64,000 nt of DNA from Octopus sinensis (Eukaryota). The notes beneath the pieces were generated by a model. The model saw only the letters and a program-made list of their open reading frames with translations, was not told the DNA's origin and searched no databases. This document shows, in pieces, positions 27,129 through 41,351 of the stretch. The stretch spans positions 23,374,001 to 23,438,000 of the forward strand of contig NC_043010.1 of NCBI RefSeq assembly GCF_006345805.1. Direction: 5' to 3'. Every line of letters starts with the position of its first letter. Position 1 is the stretch's first letter. The position numbers and the translations under genes are program-made.

Positions 27129-28048
27129 TAGTTTTATTTTCAAAGCGTGCTTTCACTTCACTACCGAGCGCAGCTCTGTGTGCCTTAGGTATGTGCTGTG
27201 ATTTGTTGTGATGCTCTGATGGTTATTGTATGGAAAGTGTTCTGCGTAGGATGTGTGCAGTGCCTATTAGTGCAATTTCTGTATGTTATATGTGTTTGTA
27301 AGTCCTGGTGTTTTTGTTATGTATTTGTCTGAATATTTTTTTATCATGCCTAATGCACCTACTATGATAGGAATTGTTTCTGTTTTTAGATTCCACATTC
27401 TGGTTACCTCTATTTCCACGTCTTTGTATTTTGTAAGTTTCTCCATTTCTTTTAGAGACAAGTTGTCATCTGCCGGTATTGATACATCAATTAGAAAGCA
27501 TTTTTTTTCTTCATGATCTCTGACAACTATATCTGGTCTGTTGGCCTTAATTTCTCTATCTGTGTGTATCGGCATATCCCAGAGTATGGTTGCTTTCTCG
27601 TTTTCTGTGACCTTTTCTGGTGTGTGCCTATACCATCATTTTCTGTTGTTATTCCATAATGTTGGCATAGGTTCCAACTCTGTCATGTCTGTGAATATAT
27701 TCCTTCTTAGCCAGGACTGGGCAGCCAGAGATAAGATGATTTATTGTTTCTTGTCTATCTCCACATATTCTGCAGTTATTTGTTATATTTCTTTTCATTA
27801 CATGTTTTTGGTAATTTCTGGTGAGGAGGCTTTGGTCTTGTGCTGCAATTAAAAATTCCTTTGTCTCTGCTTTGAGTCCTGAGCTTCTCAACCATTGCTG
27901 GGATTTTTCTTTGTCTATTTCTTTTGCGTTTAGTTTAGTGCAGTATTTACCATGAAGGGGCTTTTCTTGACATCATTTTATCATGGTTCGTTGCTGTTCT
28001 ATTTTTAGTTTGGATTTCATTTGTTTTATAGCTTTTGTTGTTTCTTCA

Positions 28049-28079
<31 letters not shown>

Positions 28080-29833
28080 CTTCTTCTTCTTCTTCTTCTT
28101 CTTCTTCTTCTTCTTCTTCTTCTTCTTCTTCTTCTTCTTCTTCTTCTTCATATTTATTAGGTGGTATGATTTCTTGTTTGTATTTGTCAGCTTCCTTAAA
28201 TACTGAGAACAGTTTTTTTTGTTTTGCTCGTGTTTTGCCGCTATTTGTATCAGTTTTCCTTCCTTCTGAAGTAGATATTTTTGCAGTCCTATGGTGGTTA
28301 TTTTATAGTAGTCTTCCAGCTGTATAAGGCCTCTACCACCTTCTATACGTTGTATATATAGTCTTTCTATGTCAGATTTTGGGTGATGCATCCTAGATCC
28401 TGTCATTATTGTTCTTGTTTTCCTATCTATTTTGGTCAGTTCATTTAGTGTCCAGTTAAGGATATTGTAGCTGTAACTTATAACTGGGACAGCTAAAGTG
28501 TTAATACCTATTATCTTGTTTTTACCATTGAGCTCTGTTTTTAGTATTGATCTAACTCGTCTATAATATTCTTTTTTTTATTTTTTCTTTCATTTGTGTG
28601 TGTTGTGTCTTATCTAGTTCATGGATTCCTAAGTATTTGTAAGTTTGGCTTTGGTCTAATTCTTTTATTTCATTGGTTTTATCTAATGTGATGTTGCTAC
28701 TCTTAACTAGTTTTCCTCTTTTCATGGTTACTTTGGCGCATTTTTCTAATCCAAATTTCATATCTATTTCTTTGGTAAATCCATGAACTGTCTTTAATAG
28801 TGTTTCCAGCTGTTTGTCATTTGCAGCGTATAGTTTTAGGTTATCCATATATAAAAGGTGGCTGATCGTTTTGCCGTAACATTTATATCCACATCAAGTT
28901 CTATTTAGCATATCAGATAGAGGTGACAGTGCCAAGCAGAAAAGGAGTGGAGATAGCGTGTCTCCCTGGAATATTCCTCTTCTAATGGGGATGGCTTTGG
29001 TTTTCATGAGTCCCTCTTTTGTTTGGAGCTGTAGCACTGTTTGCCATTTATTCATAGAGTGTCCTATGAATTTTATAATTGTTGGTGCTACTTTGTTAAT
29101 GGCTAGTGTTTCGAGGATCCATGTGTGGGGGATGCTATCAAACGCCTTTTTGTAGTCGATCCAGGCCATACTGAGACCTTTCTTCTTTCTGTGACTGTCT
29201 TAAGTTATGGCTTTATTAATCATTAGTTGATCTTTACAGCCATATGAGCCTTTGAGGCATCCTTTCTGCTCCTCTGGAAACAGGTTGTTTTCGTCCAGGT
29301 GCTTGTTCAACCTTTGCGATATCACTGCAGTAAATGCCTTGTACATTGTAGGGAGACAGGTTATTGGGCTGTAGTTTTCTGGTGTTGCTCTCTCATTTGA
29401 TTTGGGAATTAAGATGGTTTTCCACTTCGTGAGCCATTCAGGCATTGTCTCTGGCTCTGCTAGTATGTTGTTAAAGTTTTCAGCCAGCTTTTTGTGCATT
29501 CCTGTTAGATATTTCAACCAGAAGTTGGGGATCTTGTCATGCCCAGGTGCCTTCCAGTTGCTTAGTCTTTGCAGTGCCTGGGTGACCTCTTCAGTTGTTA
29601 TGGGGGTCCAAAGTTGCTCAGATACTGAGTTTGTTGTTTTAATACTCCTTTTTGTTTGATTGTTCGTTCGCCGACCATATTTCTCTCCAGAATTCTTCCA
29701 ATTCTTCTGCCGTTGGTACTGCAGTGATTTCTATTTTATTTTTGCCAAGTTCTTGGTAGAACTTTTTGGGGTTGGAGTTGAACTTTTTGTTTTGTTAAAA
29801 GAAGCGCCGGCGTTTCTCGTACCGGCAGATCCT
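27124..29833 (-). mobile_element. 5'-truncated R4/Dong-clade non-LTR retrotransposon (RT, CCHC, RLE) in (TAA)n
   Basis: WIDYKKAFDSIPH; RRGIFQGDTLSPLLF; YMDNLKLY; CRICGDRQETINHLISGC; RHDRVG; NRPDIVV..LIDVSIP; (TTA)n flanks; stops and frameshifts. Confidence 0.92.
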
Positions 29834-29882
29834 ATTATCATCATCATCATCATCATCATCCTCATCATCATCATTATTATTA

Positions 29883-29957
<75 letters not shown>

Positions 29958-29961
29958 TTAA

Positions 29962-30180
29962 GTAGTGAGCTGGCAGAATCGTTAGCACGCCGAGCGAAAT
30001 GCTTAGCGGTATTTCGTCTGCTGCTACGTTCTGAGTTCAAATTCTGCCGAGGTCGACTTTGCCTTTCATCCTTTCGGGGTCGATAAACTAAGTACCAGTT
30101 ATGCACTGGGGTCGATGTAATCGACTCCTCCTCTCCCCCAAAATTTCAGGCCTTGTGCCTAGAGTATGAAAAGGATTATT
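29962..30180 (+). mobile_element. full-length SINE family B
   Basis: head, body and CCCCCAAAATTTCAGGCCTTGTGCC tail. Confidence 0.9.
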
Positions 30181-30184
30181 ACAC

Positions 30185-31020
30185 TGATGATGATGATGAT
30201 GATGATGATGATGACGACGAAGAAGCTGCTGCTGAGGATGATAACGATCCTTTAGTATTTATGGTGTATCATCTTATTGCCTTGTTCGGTTTGGTTCTGA
30301 TATTTATGGAGTCAGCTAATTTTATGGGGTCTGCGTTGGCTGGTGTCTGCGATGATGATGATGATGATGATTTTACAGTTACTTGTAGTGATGATGGTGA
30401 AGGGATGGATTTGAATATAACAGCGGAACAGGGTGGAGGTAATGATGGTGGTATTCATGGCGGAATGAGCATTGAGGGTGGTGGTGGTGGATTTATCGTA
30501 GCAGTAGTGAAATATGTTTCCCAGTATTGGTAGACATAATAGCAATGGAGGTGGTGGTGGTGGTAATGATGACGATGGTGATGATTGTAATAGTAATGAC
30601 TATGACAATGATGGTGGTGGTGGTGGTTGTGGTGGTGGTGGTTGATGTGGTGATGGTGGTGGTGAAGATACAGCTGCTGCTGTAGCTAATGATGATAATA
30701 ATGACAATTATTGTGATGACTATACTGTGAGGAGGAGGATGATGAGGAGGAGGGGAGAAAGAGGAGGGTGATGGTGGCATTGTTGATAAACTTGTTGCTG
30801 GTCCTTCTGCTGCTGCTGCTGCTGATGATGATGATGATAATGATGATGATGATCATCATCATCATAATAACGATTAAAATGACAATTATGGTGATGATTT
30901 TACTGCCAATGACTACGATGATGAAGATAATGATGATGATGACGGTTGTTGTGGTGGCGATGGCGGTGGCGGCGGTGGTTATAATCGTGTTGGTGTTAGT
31001 GGTGGTGTTGGTGGTGGTCG
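30185..31020. repeat. degenerate (GAT)/(GGT) trinucleotide region
   Basis: direct sequence. Confidence 0.9.
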
Positions 31021-32525
31021 AAGATGAAGGGTGAGAGGCTGAAGTGAGGTGGAAAATTTTCAGCTGATTTCCTGACCTTTGCTTTTGTGTCGGTGGCAGG
31101 AATATGGCTGCTAAAATGACGACATCGCAATTCCTTGATCTCTCCAAACATAAACTGAACAAGTTTCACATCTGAAGATCCAAAACCATAAATCATTATT
31201 TGTTTGCTTAGTTCCTCTGGCCATATTCCACCCCACCCACTCTTTGCCATACACTCACTTACAAACACACACACACACACACACACACACAGATTCACAC
31301 ACACAGATTCACACATGCACAGATTCACATATGCACACAAACACACACAGATTTACACATGCACACACAGAGATTCACATATGCACACACACACACACAG
31401 ATTCATCCATGCACACACACACACACACATAGATTCATACATTGCACACACACACACATACACTCGCCCACACGCTGATTCCTACATATACACACATACG
31501 CACAAATACACAATGGCATGCGCATTCACACACCTGCACAAAATATCCAGAAGCCTATATAAGTATTTATACATACATATTTAGGTATAAATTTATGTAT
31601 ACACACATATATATATAAGTATATAAATATATATGTATATATGTACGTATGTATGTATCTATGAATATGTATGTGTTTGTGTATGGACAGTTGTATGTAT
31701 GCACGGGTAGCGAACAATGCAGTTTTTAGAAAAACTTGAAACACAGAACTTAAGATTTGAAAAACCAAGTTAACTGAAAGGGGCAAATAGTGCACAATTA
31801 ATAAATGAATGAAAGAAAGAAAAAAAAAGAAAGAAAGAAAGAAAGAAAGAAAGAAACGTATCTTTGTCAGCGAAGTTATTGTTATTCCTGTTTAGCTGGG
31901 GTTTCTAGTTTGTTTTTAATTATCCCTAACTATTCTCTCTGTGGACAGAAAATGATTTATTCTTTCTTCTATGATGAAGGATTACGAATACTCGAAATGA
32001 TTCACTTTGATTCTATTTGCCATCTGTCTACAAAGAGAGAAAATTCCTGCAATTATATGTAAAAGCTTTGTTTGCTTTTTGAAACTAGTCTACATATATT
32101 CTTTTCTAATCTAGGCACAAGGACCGTCATTTTGGGAGAAGCGTAGAGGGCCAGTCGATTAGAACGACCCCAGTACACAACTGGTATTTACTTTATCGAG
32201 TTTGAAAGGATGAAAGGCAGAGACCACCTAGAACTATGCTCAATATATATCTTCAAATATACTATAGGCGCAGGTGTGGCTGTGTGGTTGAGAAACTTGC
32301 TTCCCGGCCACGTGGACTTGGATTCAGATTCTCTGTGTGGTACGTTGGGCATGTATCTTCCAGTATAACCCTGGGCCCACAGTCGTGTAAGTGGTCTTGC
32401 TACAAAGAAACTGAAAGAAGTATAACTATTTATCTATTTATGTAACTACATGTGTATTTATCTATCTGTCTACCTACAAGTCTAGCTACCTAACCACCTA
32501 TGTATCTATCTAACTATCTACCAAA

Positions 32526-32620
<95 letters not shown>

Positions 32621-32857
32621 CCTACCTACCTACCTACCTACATACATACCTACCTACCTACCAACCTATCTCTCTCTCTATATATATATATATCTTGTGG
32701 TTTAGAAGTTAGCTTCTTACCACACACACCCTCCCCACACACACCCTGCACTTAATAAATGTTTCCACTTATTCTTGGTTGAGTAACTGATTATATTCAG
32801 GCTGAAAGGTGTGTAAATTTAAATTTTTGCATTTTCTTGCTTCTCTTATCATTTAAG

Positions 32858-32930
32858 ATGTTTTCTCTACACTATTCCCACGATACGTCCATTTTGGGAT
32901 TCTGCAGCAATTTAACAGACGATTGCTCTG
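32858..32930 (+). other. candidate 73-nt internal exon of an unidentified host gene
   Basis: pyrimidine tract plus TTAAG acceptor; CTG|GTAAGT donor; two frames open (MFSLHYSHDTSILGFCSNLTDDCS and VFSTLFPRYVHFGILQQFNRRLL). Confidence 0.35.
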
Positions 32931-33029
32931 GTAAGTAATCGCTTGATGGAGAATACGTTGGAAATTCTTCTACTTATCGTTTGTCTTTCACTCATTTCAG
33001 TCGTTAGACTGCAGCTAGGCTGGAGCACT

Positions 33030-33745
33030 GTATAGAAGGTTTCCGCTGTTTACAGTAGTGCTTGGAAGGAAGGTGTGTAGCGTGTGATCGTCGCATTGAC
33101 CATGACACAGAATGCTGTCATGGCAATACCTGCTCAGAGGTCTGTGCAAAGTTGCAGAAAGAGTATAGAGAGGAGTGTATGAGCCGTACACAAGTATATG
33201 GGTGGTTGAGACGTTTCCTAGATGGCCGAAAATATATCGATATTGACGAATGTTCTGGGAGACACGCAATCAGCAGAACTGAGATGTGCGTACAGCTGTG
33301 AAAGGAAATCGTCGAATCACCATCCGTGAGTTATCAGAGGATTTGAAGATTAGTTACAGTTCAGTTCAGTCCATTATCACTGAAGATTTAAGTATGAGAC
33401 GCGTGTCAAATTTGTGCCAAACTTGCTTTGAGCTGACCAAAAAGACACTGGGGTTTCAATAGCATAAGATCTCCTTGAATGCTTGGAGAACGATGGAAAC
33501 GTTTGGCAAAATTTGATGCAGACTGTCTGCTCAGTTTTATCTGTCATGGTCAATACGACGATCACACACTACACACCTTCCTTCCAAGCCCTGCAGTAAA
33601 GAGCGGAAGTGAGCCAAAAAGTTAAACTTGGTGCGCTTGCACAACAGACTTCAAGGTCAATCTGTACAAAACAGCTTCACTTTGTGTGCTTTAGCTTCGT
33701 TACTATGGGCAACAGTCCGGATACTTATTGATCAGACCACGTTTA
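33030..33745. mobile_element. mariner relic with two oppositely oriented 5' ends
   Basis: HTH CMSRTQVYGWLRRFLDGR on +; MTDKTEQTVCIKFC on -; TIR-like CAGTCCGGATACTTATTGATCAGACC near 33713. Confidence 0.75.
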
Positions 33746-35184
33746 TATACGACAGCCTTCGTGCCCATTCACAAGGCTTTGGTTGACCCGAGCCTGTAGT
33801 AGAAGACACTTGCCCAATGTTCCACACAGTGGAACTGAACTTGGAATATTCCTTTCTGCTATAGGTATAAGGCCTCAAATTTGGTGGGAGGGGGACAGTC
33901 GATCACATCGACCCCAGTATGCAACTGGTACTTACTTTATCGATTCCGAAAAGATGAAAAGCGAAGTCGACCTCGGGGAAATTTTAACTCAGAACTACGC
34001 GGCAGACGAAATACCTATTTCTTTACTAACCACCAGGGGCTAAACACAGAGGGTTTAGTCCAGTGGTTCCCAAATTTTTTGAGCTGCCGTCCCCTTGACA
34101 TTCACTAACAAAATTTTTGACTTAAACTAGATTGATGTTTCGTTTATGTATATTCATCGTTTGAACCTCTGTAAAGTGACGATCAGCTCTTTTCACATCT
34201 TCTGTGATGTCCATAATCTTAACTATTCTTATTCTGTTCAGCGATCTTGACGGCTGTTTCGCTAGACCAAACTTCTCAGTCTGTCGCTTGTATTGTCTTG
34301 ATTGGGTGCAAAGGGCTTCCCCGAATGCTTTTGTTGGCCTTCCAAAACAGTTTATATCTCATGTTCCTCGTCAATAGCTACAAGTTTCCCTCTGCAGAAA
34401 ATTCATGGGTGGAGGAAATTCCCGATGATCGAAATTTGGGCACGAAGGATTGGATGTAGGGGGTTACTGCATGATCTGGAGTGTGGACACAACATTTAGA
34501 ATGACAAGAGGGGAGGAGAGCAGTCAGACACAAGGCCGGCCATGAGCCTGCTATAAGAGCAACAGAAAAGACACATGTGTTAATAGTACACCTGTGGTGC
34601 TGCGGTTGGAGTGTATGAGCAAGCGAATCATATCAAAATGTCGGCCGTTGTTTTTAGCACCATCTGTAATTGCCATTAGTTTATGTGGTTACTCCTTCTA
34701 AGATATTCCAGGTCAGCTCTCTCGTTAAAGAAGTACCAGAAGTGCTAATAACCCCTCTGTAATTAGAATTACGAATTATAGTACCTAATTATATAATAAT
34801 GGGGTATACCACGTTAATAGTATATTATTAAATTATTAGAATTTAACAGCGATTATATAATTCTCAGTTTCAGCCGGTGCATTCTGATTGTAAGTGATTT
34901 CAGCGTTAGAGTTTTAATGAATTGTTCAGCAGAATTTATATCCGAGAGGTGAGCGTGATCTGGAATATAGTTGTGCTATATATATATGGATGAGGAAAGG
35001 TGCAATAAAAAGTATTTTCAGATTTTAGATTTGGGGTGTAAAGAAAGATATGTTTCTATGAAGATATTTATATGTAATCAATTGGTCTCAGTATAAGGTG
35101 GAATGGATTTGGAAGTAGAGAATGGATTTTTGGAAAGTTGAGAAAAAATTGTGTGGATACGAGTACTAAGGGTGAAGTAGTGCA

Positions 35185-35545
35185 AACTTGGCTGTGTGGT
35201 AAGAAGCTTGCTTCTTAACCACACGGCGTCGGGTTCAGTCTAACAGCGTAACACCTTGGGCAAGTGTCTTCTACAATAGCCTCGGTCCGACCAAAACATT
35301 GTGAGCATATTTGGTTAGCGTAAATTGAAGGAATCGTATATGTGTGCGTGTGTGTATGTGTGTGTCTTTAAGTCTGTGTTCGTCCCCACACACATATACA
35401 AACTGCTTGACATCCGGTGCTGGTGTACTTATGTCCTCGTCATTTACTGGTTCGGTAAAAGCGAACGATAGAATAAGCATCAAGCTTAAAACATAATGTC
35501 AATTCGATCGTCTAAAAATTCTTTTTCGCGGTGCTCCAGCATGGA
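35185..35545 (+). mobile_element. SINE family A, diverged
   Basis: homology to other A copies. Confidence 0.8.
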
Positions 35546-37880
35546 CGGAGTAGAAGTTTAAAGAACCATCTTAGAGTTTATTTTATGTCAGTGAATATCA
35601 CGAACCCGAGTAAAAGAGGACGCAAATAAGATGATATAATCCCCATAATCTCTATTAATTTTGAGGTGGTTTTACCATTTTGGGCTGGAAACGAAGATGA
35701 GCTCATAAAAGCCGTTAGTGTGACAAGAGAAATAACAATTAGTGTATAGAAATAAATTAGTGGAGTTGATGGAATTTATGGTGGGTGAAGTGAAATTAGG
35801 ATCTAGAAGAGAAATTGGAATTAGGACTGAGAAGCGAATTTATAATGGTTACGGAAGAGCTGAAATGAAGAATTATCTTCAAAATTGTCATGTCGTCTGT
35901 GGAATTTCAAATTTGGACAAGGTAGTAAACATGAAATGTTGACAGCGAGATTTGGGAAATACATTGAATCTTCGTAAACGTTGTCAAAGATATTTTGAAG
36001 CTTTAATTTGTACATTTTAATGTTGTAGCCAATGTTGCTGTTATTTAGCCCTAGGTCAACCCTGATCAAAGAGCTTTATTCTTAGAAAGCATTTTAGAAT
36101 TGGTTGATTCATCTTGCTAGCTGAAAATGAATAAGAAAGAACCACTTTACAAGAAGCTAACAAAAGACTTAAAAATCAAAACGGAGCCGTGAAAAGAAAA
36201 ACATTTCTCTCTCTTTGGATTGTGTCCGTTTCAAAGAATCAACGCCGTGACTATTATTAACTGACTGTGTAAAACCATCGATTACTGAGATTTGGAGCAA
36301 GTTTTCGTATGCCTTATCATTTGAAAGAATATAGATTTGCTTGTATGTCAATAGAAATCAAGGATAAACTCCCAACAGCAACAATATTTGGTTGACGCTT
36401 ACAGAGTGGCAACGCGTGCATCAAGGATATATAATTGTTTGCGTTGTTAAGCAAAATAAAAAGGACTGAATTGGTTTAAACATAAAAAAAGCACTTCTTG
36501 CCGACAAGTAGAAAGAAATTGCGGATACGGATGGGGACTATGAAATCAAATCAGAAAACAGAATCGTATTATCAGTGAGTGTATCTGGATCATCAAGTTG
36601 GTATTCAGTTCATTGCGAACGTCCAAGAGTATCTTCTAATTTCAACGCAATCTAGAACTCTTCATTGCTTATACGACGAAATTCAAAAGAGATTAACTCA
36701 TCAATTCTGCCACCTGTAAAGTCAAATAATAGACTAGATATTACGGTAAGAATGTTAGTTAGTTAGTTAGTTAGTTAATTTGGCTCAAAAGCAAATAGCA
36801 AGGCCATGTAGGGGGACATGGAGTTAAGTACAGGGTGGTGTTCATGTAAAGAGTTCAGGCCACTTGAGGTCCAGGGAGGCTTTGAACAAAGCAGTCGTCG
36901 GCATCTTCACCCAAATGATGAAGCAGTGACAAGATGTTTCTTAAGAGGATTATCTGGATAATCGCTTTTATATGTATGCAAGAGGACCAGGAAAAAAAGA
37001 TTGCCAGTTGCTCACAACATTTAATATTTGCGAGATACAAACCCAGAGAAGCAGCGAGTATTGATCGATCAAGTCGTACTAAATTTTAGGTGAGGAAAGC
37101 TATTTTCTGTTCATAGTTGAAAAGAATATGATCCGTAGTGTAGCAATAACCATTTTAGCCATTTTGAAATGTGGCGCGAATTGGCAATATGACGTAATGT
37201 CTTTGCCGAACAATTATCATTTTCGTTTTTTTCCATTGGTTAATATAACTGCTCATATAAAGATTCTAAAAGTTTCGTAAAGAATATTTGTCGTGGATTT
37301 CGATTCTTTTAAGTCAAGTTGAGCAGTTATAAAAACCCTGGATTTTGTTGGATGTCACAGAACTCCACGACACTCACTCTTTTGGAGACATCGGTAATTT
37401 TTATGTCATGTCTAAGTTAATCACAAATCTATTTTGATTTGTTGGTTAATGTATTAGATAGAAAGAAGAAATTAGTTAATGAATTTATAGTCGTTCTTCA
37501 CGACAAAGTTATCTTTCCTACTGTAAATAATATAAAATGTTATATTTATATAATAAAAATAATTAGAAAAAATGTTTCTCTTCACGTTTGTTTTTCAACT
37601 GAGCATAAGTATGCATTTCTGTAATCCTTGATTATGTTTTCTTATAGCGGTTTAAAGGACACAATTAAAATATTCGACATACATGTCATTAATATAGCGT
37701 TTCATGCGTATATGTCTATATGACGTTATAACTGTTGTTAGGGTTTTAGGTATACTGATAACACTTTAGTATAAGTGACGTTGAATCATTATATTCTCCC
37801 TTACTCAGAGAAAAGCCAAATAAAATAATATAACCTAAGAGAAAGCTTAAGGTTTAAAGCAAAAACCGCCATAGGAAAAT

Positions 37881-37893
37881 TGGTCACCCCGAC
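37881..37893 (+). other. primer-binding site, probably tRNA-Trp
   Basis: TGGTCACCCCGAC, one mismatch to TGGTGACCCCGAC, 2 nt after the 5' LTR. Confidence 0.7.
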
Positions 37894-38199
37894 TAAAACA
37901 GCCTATAGGAAAACCCTATAGAAAAATATATTTTTTAAAATAAAAAAAATTATAAACACCGACAGACTGGTGGAAAGTTTAATAATATAATAAACATAAA
38001 TTAGCTGCACTTTCTAGCAATATAAAAATTATATTTTAAGCTTTTAAAAGCTTAGTAACATAACGAAAAAAAGTTTCCTTTGAGAAAATATTTATACATA
38101 TAATGGAGCAGAATTTAAAAGAATTTGAGATGTCATATTCCGATAGGAATTACACACAGACTTCTGTGAATGTATTGCCTTGTATCTAGTGGACAGGAG

Positions 38200-39665
38200 A
38201 TACAGTCATTTGGTTAGACACCTTGATTTTATTTCACAATTTACTGTGGATATACGTTATATCAAGGATGTTGAAAATTCAGCAGCAGATGCACTTTCTA
38301 GAATGAATGTAGATGCATTAAATTCATTAAACACTATAAATTTGGAAGAAATGTCTAAGGATCAAGTTACAGATAAAGAATTCCAATTCAACTTCTTTAA
38401 AATTTGAAATGTTGCCGATTCATTTGTGTAATTCACATATTTGGTGTGATATTTCTACAGGGTTTTCGAGATCATTTGTGCCTGAAAAGCATAGAAAAAA
38501 TGTTTTTTCTAGCTTACATAATTTATCTCATCCAGGTATAGAAGCTTCATTGAAGTTGATATCAAGTCGTTTTGTTTGGCCTGCTATGAATAAAGATATT
38601 CGTTCCTGGGTCAAGTCATGTATGCAGTGTCAAAACTCCAAAATACAGCGTCATATCAAAGCACCATTAGGTACATTTGCAAATCCAGATGCGAGATTCC
38701 AACATATCCACATCGATATAGTTGGACCCTTACCTCCATGTGAGGATAATATATATTTGTTGACGTGTATAGATCGTTTTTCGAGATGGCCGGAGGTTTA
38801 TCCGATGAAGGACGTATCTGCAGTAACTATAGCGAAAACCTTATTTACCGATTAGATGTCTAGATTTGGCATACCAAATACAGTGACAACAGATCGTGGT
38901 AGACAATTTGAGTCTAGCCTGTTTGCAGAATTCAATAAATTGTTGGGGATTAATAGAATTCGTACAACTTCATATCACCCACAATCTAACAGCATGATAG
39001 AAAGGTTCCATAGGTAGTTGAAATCTTCATTAAGAACTTATTCTGATTCTAACAGTTGGTTAGAAGCCTTACCAGTGGTATTGTTAGGAATTAGAAGTGC
39101 TGTTAAAGAAAATATACAATATTCTCCTGCTGAACTTTTGCACGGAACAACATTAACTCTACCTGGTCAAATGTTCGAAGAAACCAATTCTTTTAATGGA
39201 GATGTTAATGATTATGTAACTTGTCTTAAGCGATTTCTTACTGATATTCCTTCTTTTACAAGAAAATTGCAAAATGTCAATAGTTTTGTTCCTTCTGATA
39301 TAAATTCTTGGACACATGTATTTGTACGTAACGATGCTGCTCATAATTCACTGAAATATAAATATACTGGACCTTTTAAAGTCTTGTCAGTTAGAGACAA
39401 AACTATGACTTTGGAGATGAATGATAAAAAAGAAATTGTCAGTGTCGACAGAGTAAAAAAAGCTTATTTCGACCAACATTCATGTCATGAAAATGAAGAT
39501 ATGAGCAATACATATCAACATAACTTGAAACAAAATGATATTCAAAGAAACAAATCCAATGTTAATGGAAAAACAAAGTCAATTTTGAAATTACCTACAG
39601 ATGTGAAAAAGACTAGAAGTGGCAGAATTGTACATTTTCCAAAAAAACTTTCTCAGTTTGATTGA
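38200..39665 (+). pseudogene. Gypsy RNase H end and integrase (H2C2, DDE, GPY/F)
   Basis: RHLDFISQF..ADALSR; HNLSHPG..CMQCQ; HIDIVGPLP; TTDRG; IERFH; YTGPFKV; one frameshift and two stops. Confidence 0.9.
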
Positions 39666-41014
39666 GGATTTTCAAAATCTTTTTATATTCCTGGATTATA
39701 CATATATAAAAAATATTTTCCAATGAAATGAAATGAACTATATATGAACATTATAATTGTAAAGCCGTATTGGAAAGGCTAATTTCATATGTTTAACATC
39801 TAAATTATAAATGCATTGTATATATTGATGTGTTGTAACCATTAATTCAAATGTTGTATTAAAAAAAAAAAAAGAAAATGTATTACGAATTTCCTTTCGC
39901 AAAATTTTAACAATTTTTCTGGCAAGAGTCTGATGTAGCAATAGCCATTTTAGCCATTTTGAAATGTGGCGCGAATTGGCAATATGACGTAATGTCTTTG
40001 CCGAACAATTATCATTTTCGTTTTTTTCCATTGGTTAATATAACTGCTCATATAAAGATTCTAAAAGTTTCGTAAAGAATATTTGTCATGGATTTCGATT
40101 CTTTCAAGTCAAGTTGAGCAGTTATAAAAACCCTGGATTTTGGGAAAAATTTCAGTGTTTGTTGGATGTCACAGAACTCCACGACACTCACTCTTTTGGA
40201 GACATCGGTAATTTTTATGCCATGTCTAAGTTAATCACAAATCTATTTTGATTTGTTGGTTAATGTATTAGATAAAAAGAAGAAATTAGTTAATGAATTT
40301 ATAGTCGTTCTTCACGACAAAGTTATCTGTCCTACTGTAAATAATATAAAATGTTATATTTATACAATAAAAATAATTAGAAAGAAAATGTTTCTCTTCA
40401 CGTTTGTTTTTCAACTGAGCATAAATAAGTATGCATTTCTGTAATCCTTGATTACGTTTTCTTATAGCGGTTTAAAGGACACGATTAAAATATTCGACAT
40501 ACTTGTCATTAATATAGCGTTTCATGCGTATATGTCTATATGATGTCATAACTGTAGTTAGGGTTTTAGGTATACTGATAACACTTTAGTATAAGTGACA
40601 TTGAATCATTATATTCTCCCTTACTTTGCCAAAGTAAAATAATATAACCTAAGAGAAAGCTTAAGGCTTAAAGCAAAAACCGCCATAGGAAAGTAGTATC
40701 AATCCGTATAACAACTTTAATAATTGATGAATGATCGATTCAGGAGCAGATTGTATACACAAGAAGTGATTTCTGAAGCAATTTTTGAAGCAAACTGTTA
40801 TGAATTTACATTTCCAACAAACTTCCATACTTCCATCTGAAAAAGCGTGCGCTTAGAACTTTCATTCTGGGAACACATCATGTCAGACAGTCCTTAGGTT
40901 CTATCGTGAAAGCATACAATCGGTACAAAGTTTAAACACATAACAATGTTGAAATTGTGGCTATGGAGGAGAGAGTGAAATACCATGCTATACATTCTAT
41001 TACATTATTTACAA

Positions 41015-41264
41015 TACTTACATTTGACAGATATTTGTCCGCATCTTCTTTGTTGTTAACACAACGTTTCGGCTGATATACCCTCCAGCCTTCATTAGTC
41101 GAAATTTCGAACCTGGGTTCTCATTTCTAAGGTATTTTTCGATGTTGTTGTTGTTGTTGTTGTTCTTCTTCTTCTTCTTCTTCTTCTTCTTCTTCTTCTT
41201 CTTCTTCTTCTTCTTCTTCTTCTTCTTCTTCTTCTTCTTCTTCTTCTTCTTCTTCTTCTTCGTC

Positions 41265-41351
<87 letters not shown>

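Larger units (their letters stand above)
37139..40692 (+). mobile_element. Gypsy (Ty3) LTR retrotransposon, gag-PR-RT deleted
   Basis: LTRs 37139-37878 and 39934-40692; GTAG TSD (37135-38 and 40693-96); PBS; integrase remnant. Confidence 0.92.

Noticed and set aside
31075-31175. Possible minus-strand exon (CTTCAG acceptor, AAG|GTCAGG donor)
   Set aside because: Weak splice signals and no recognisable peptide.
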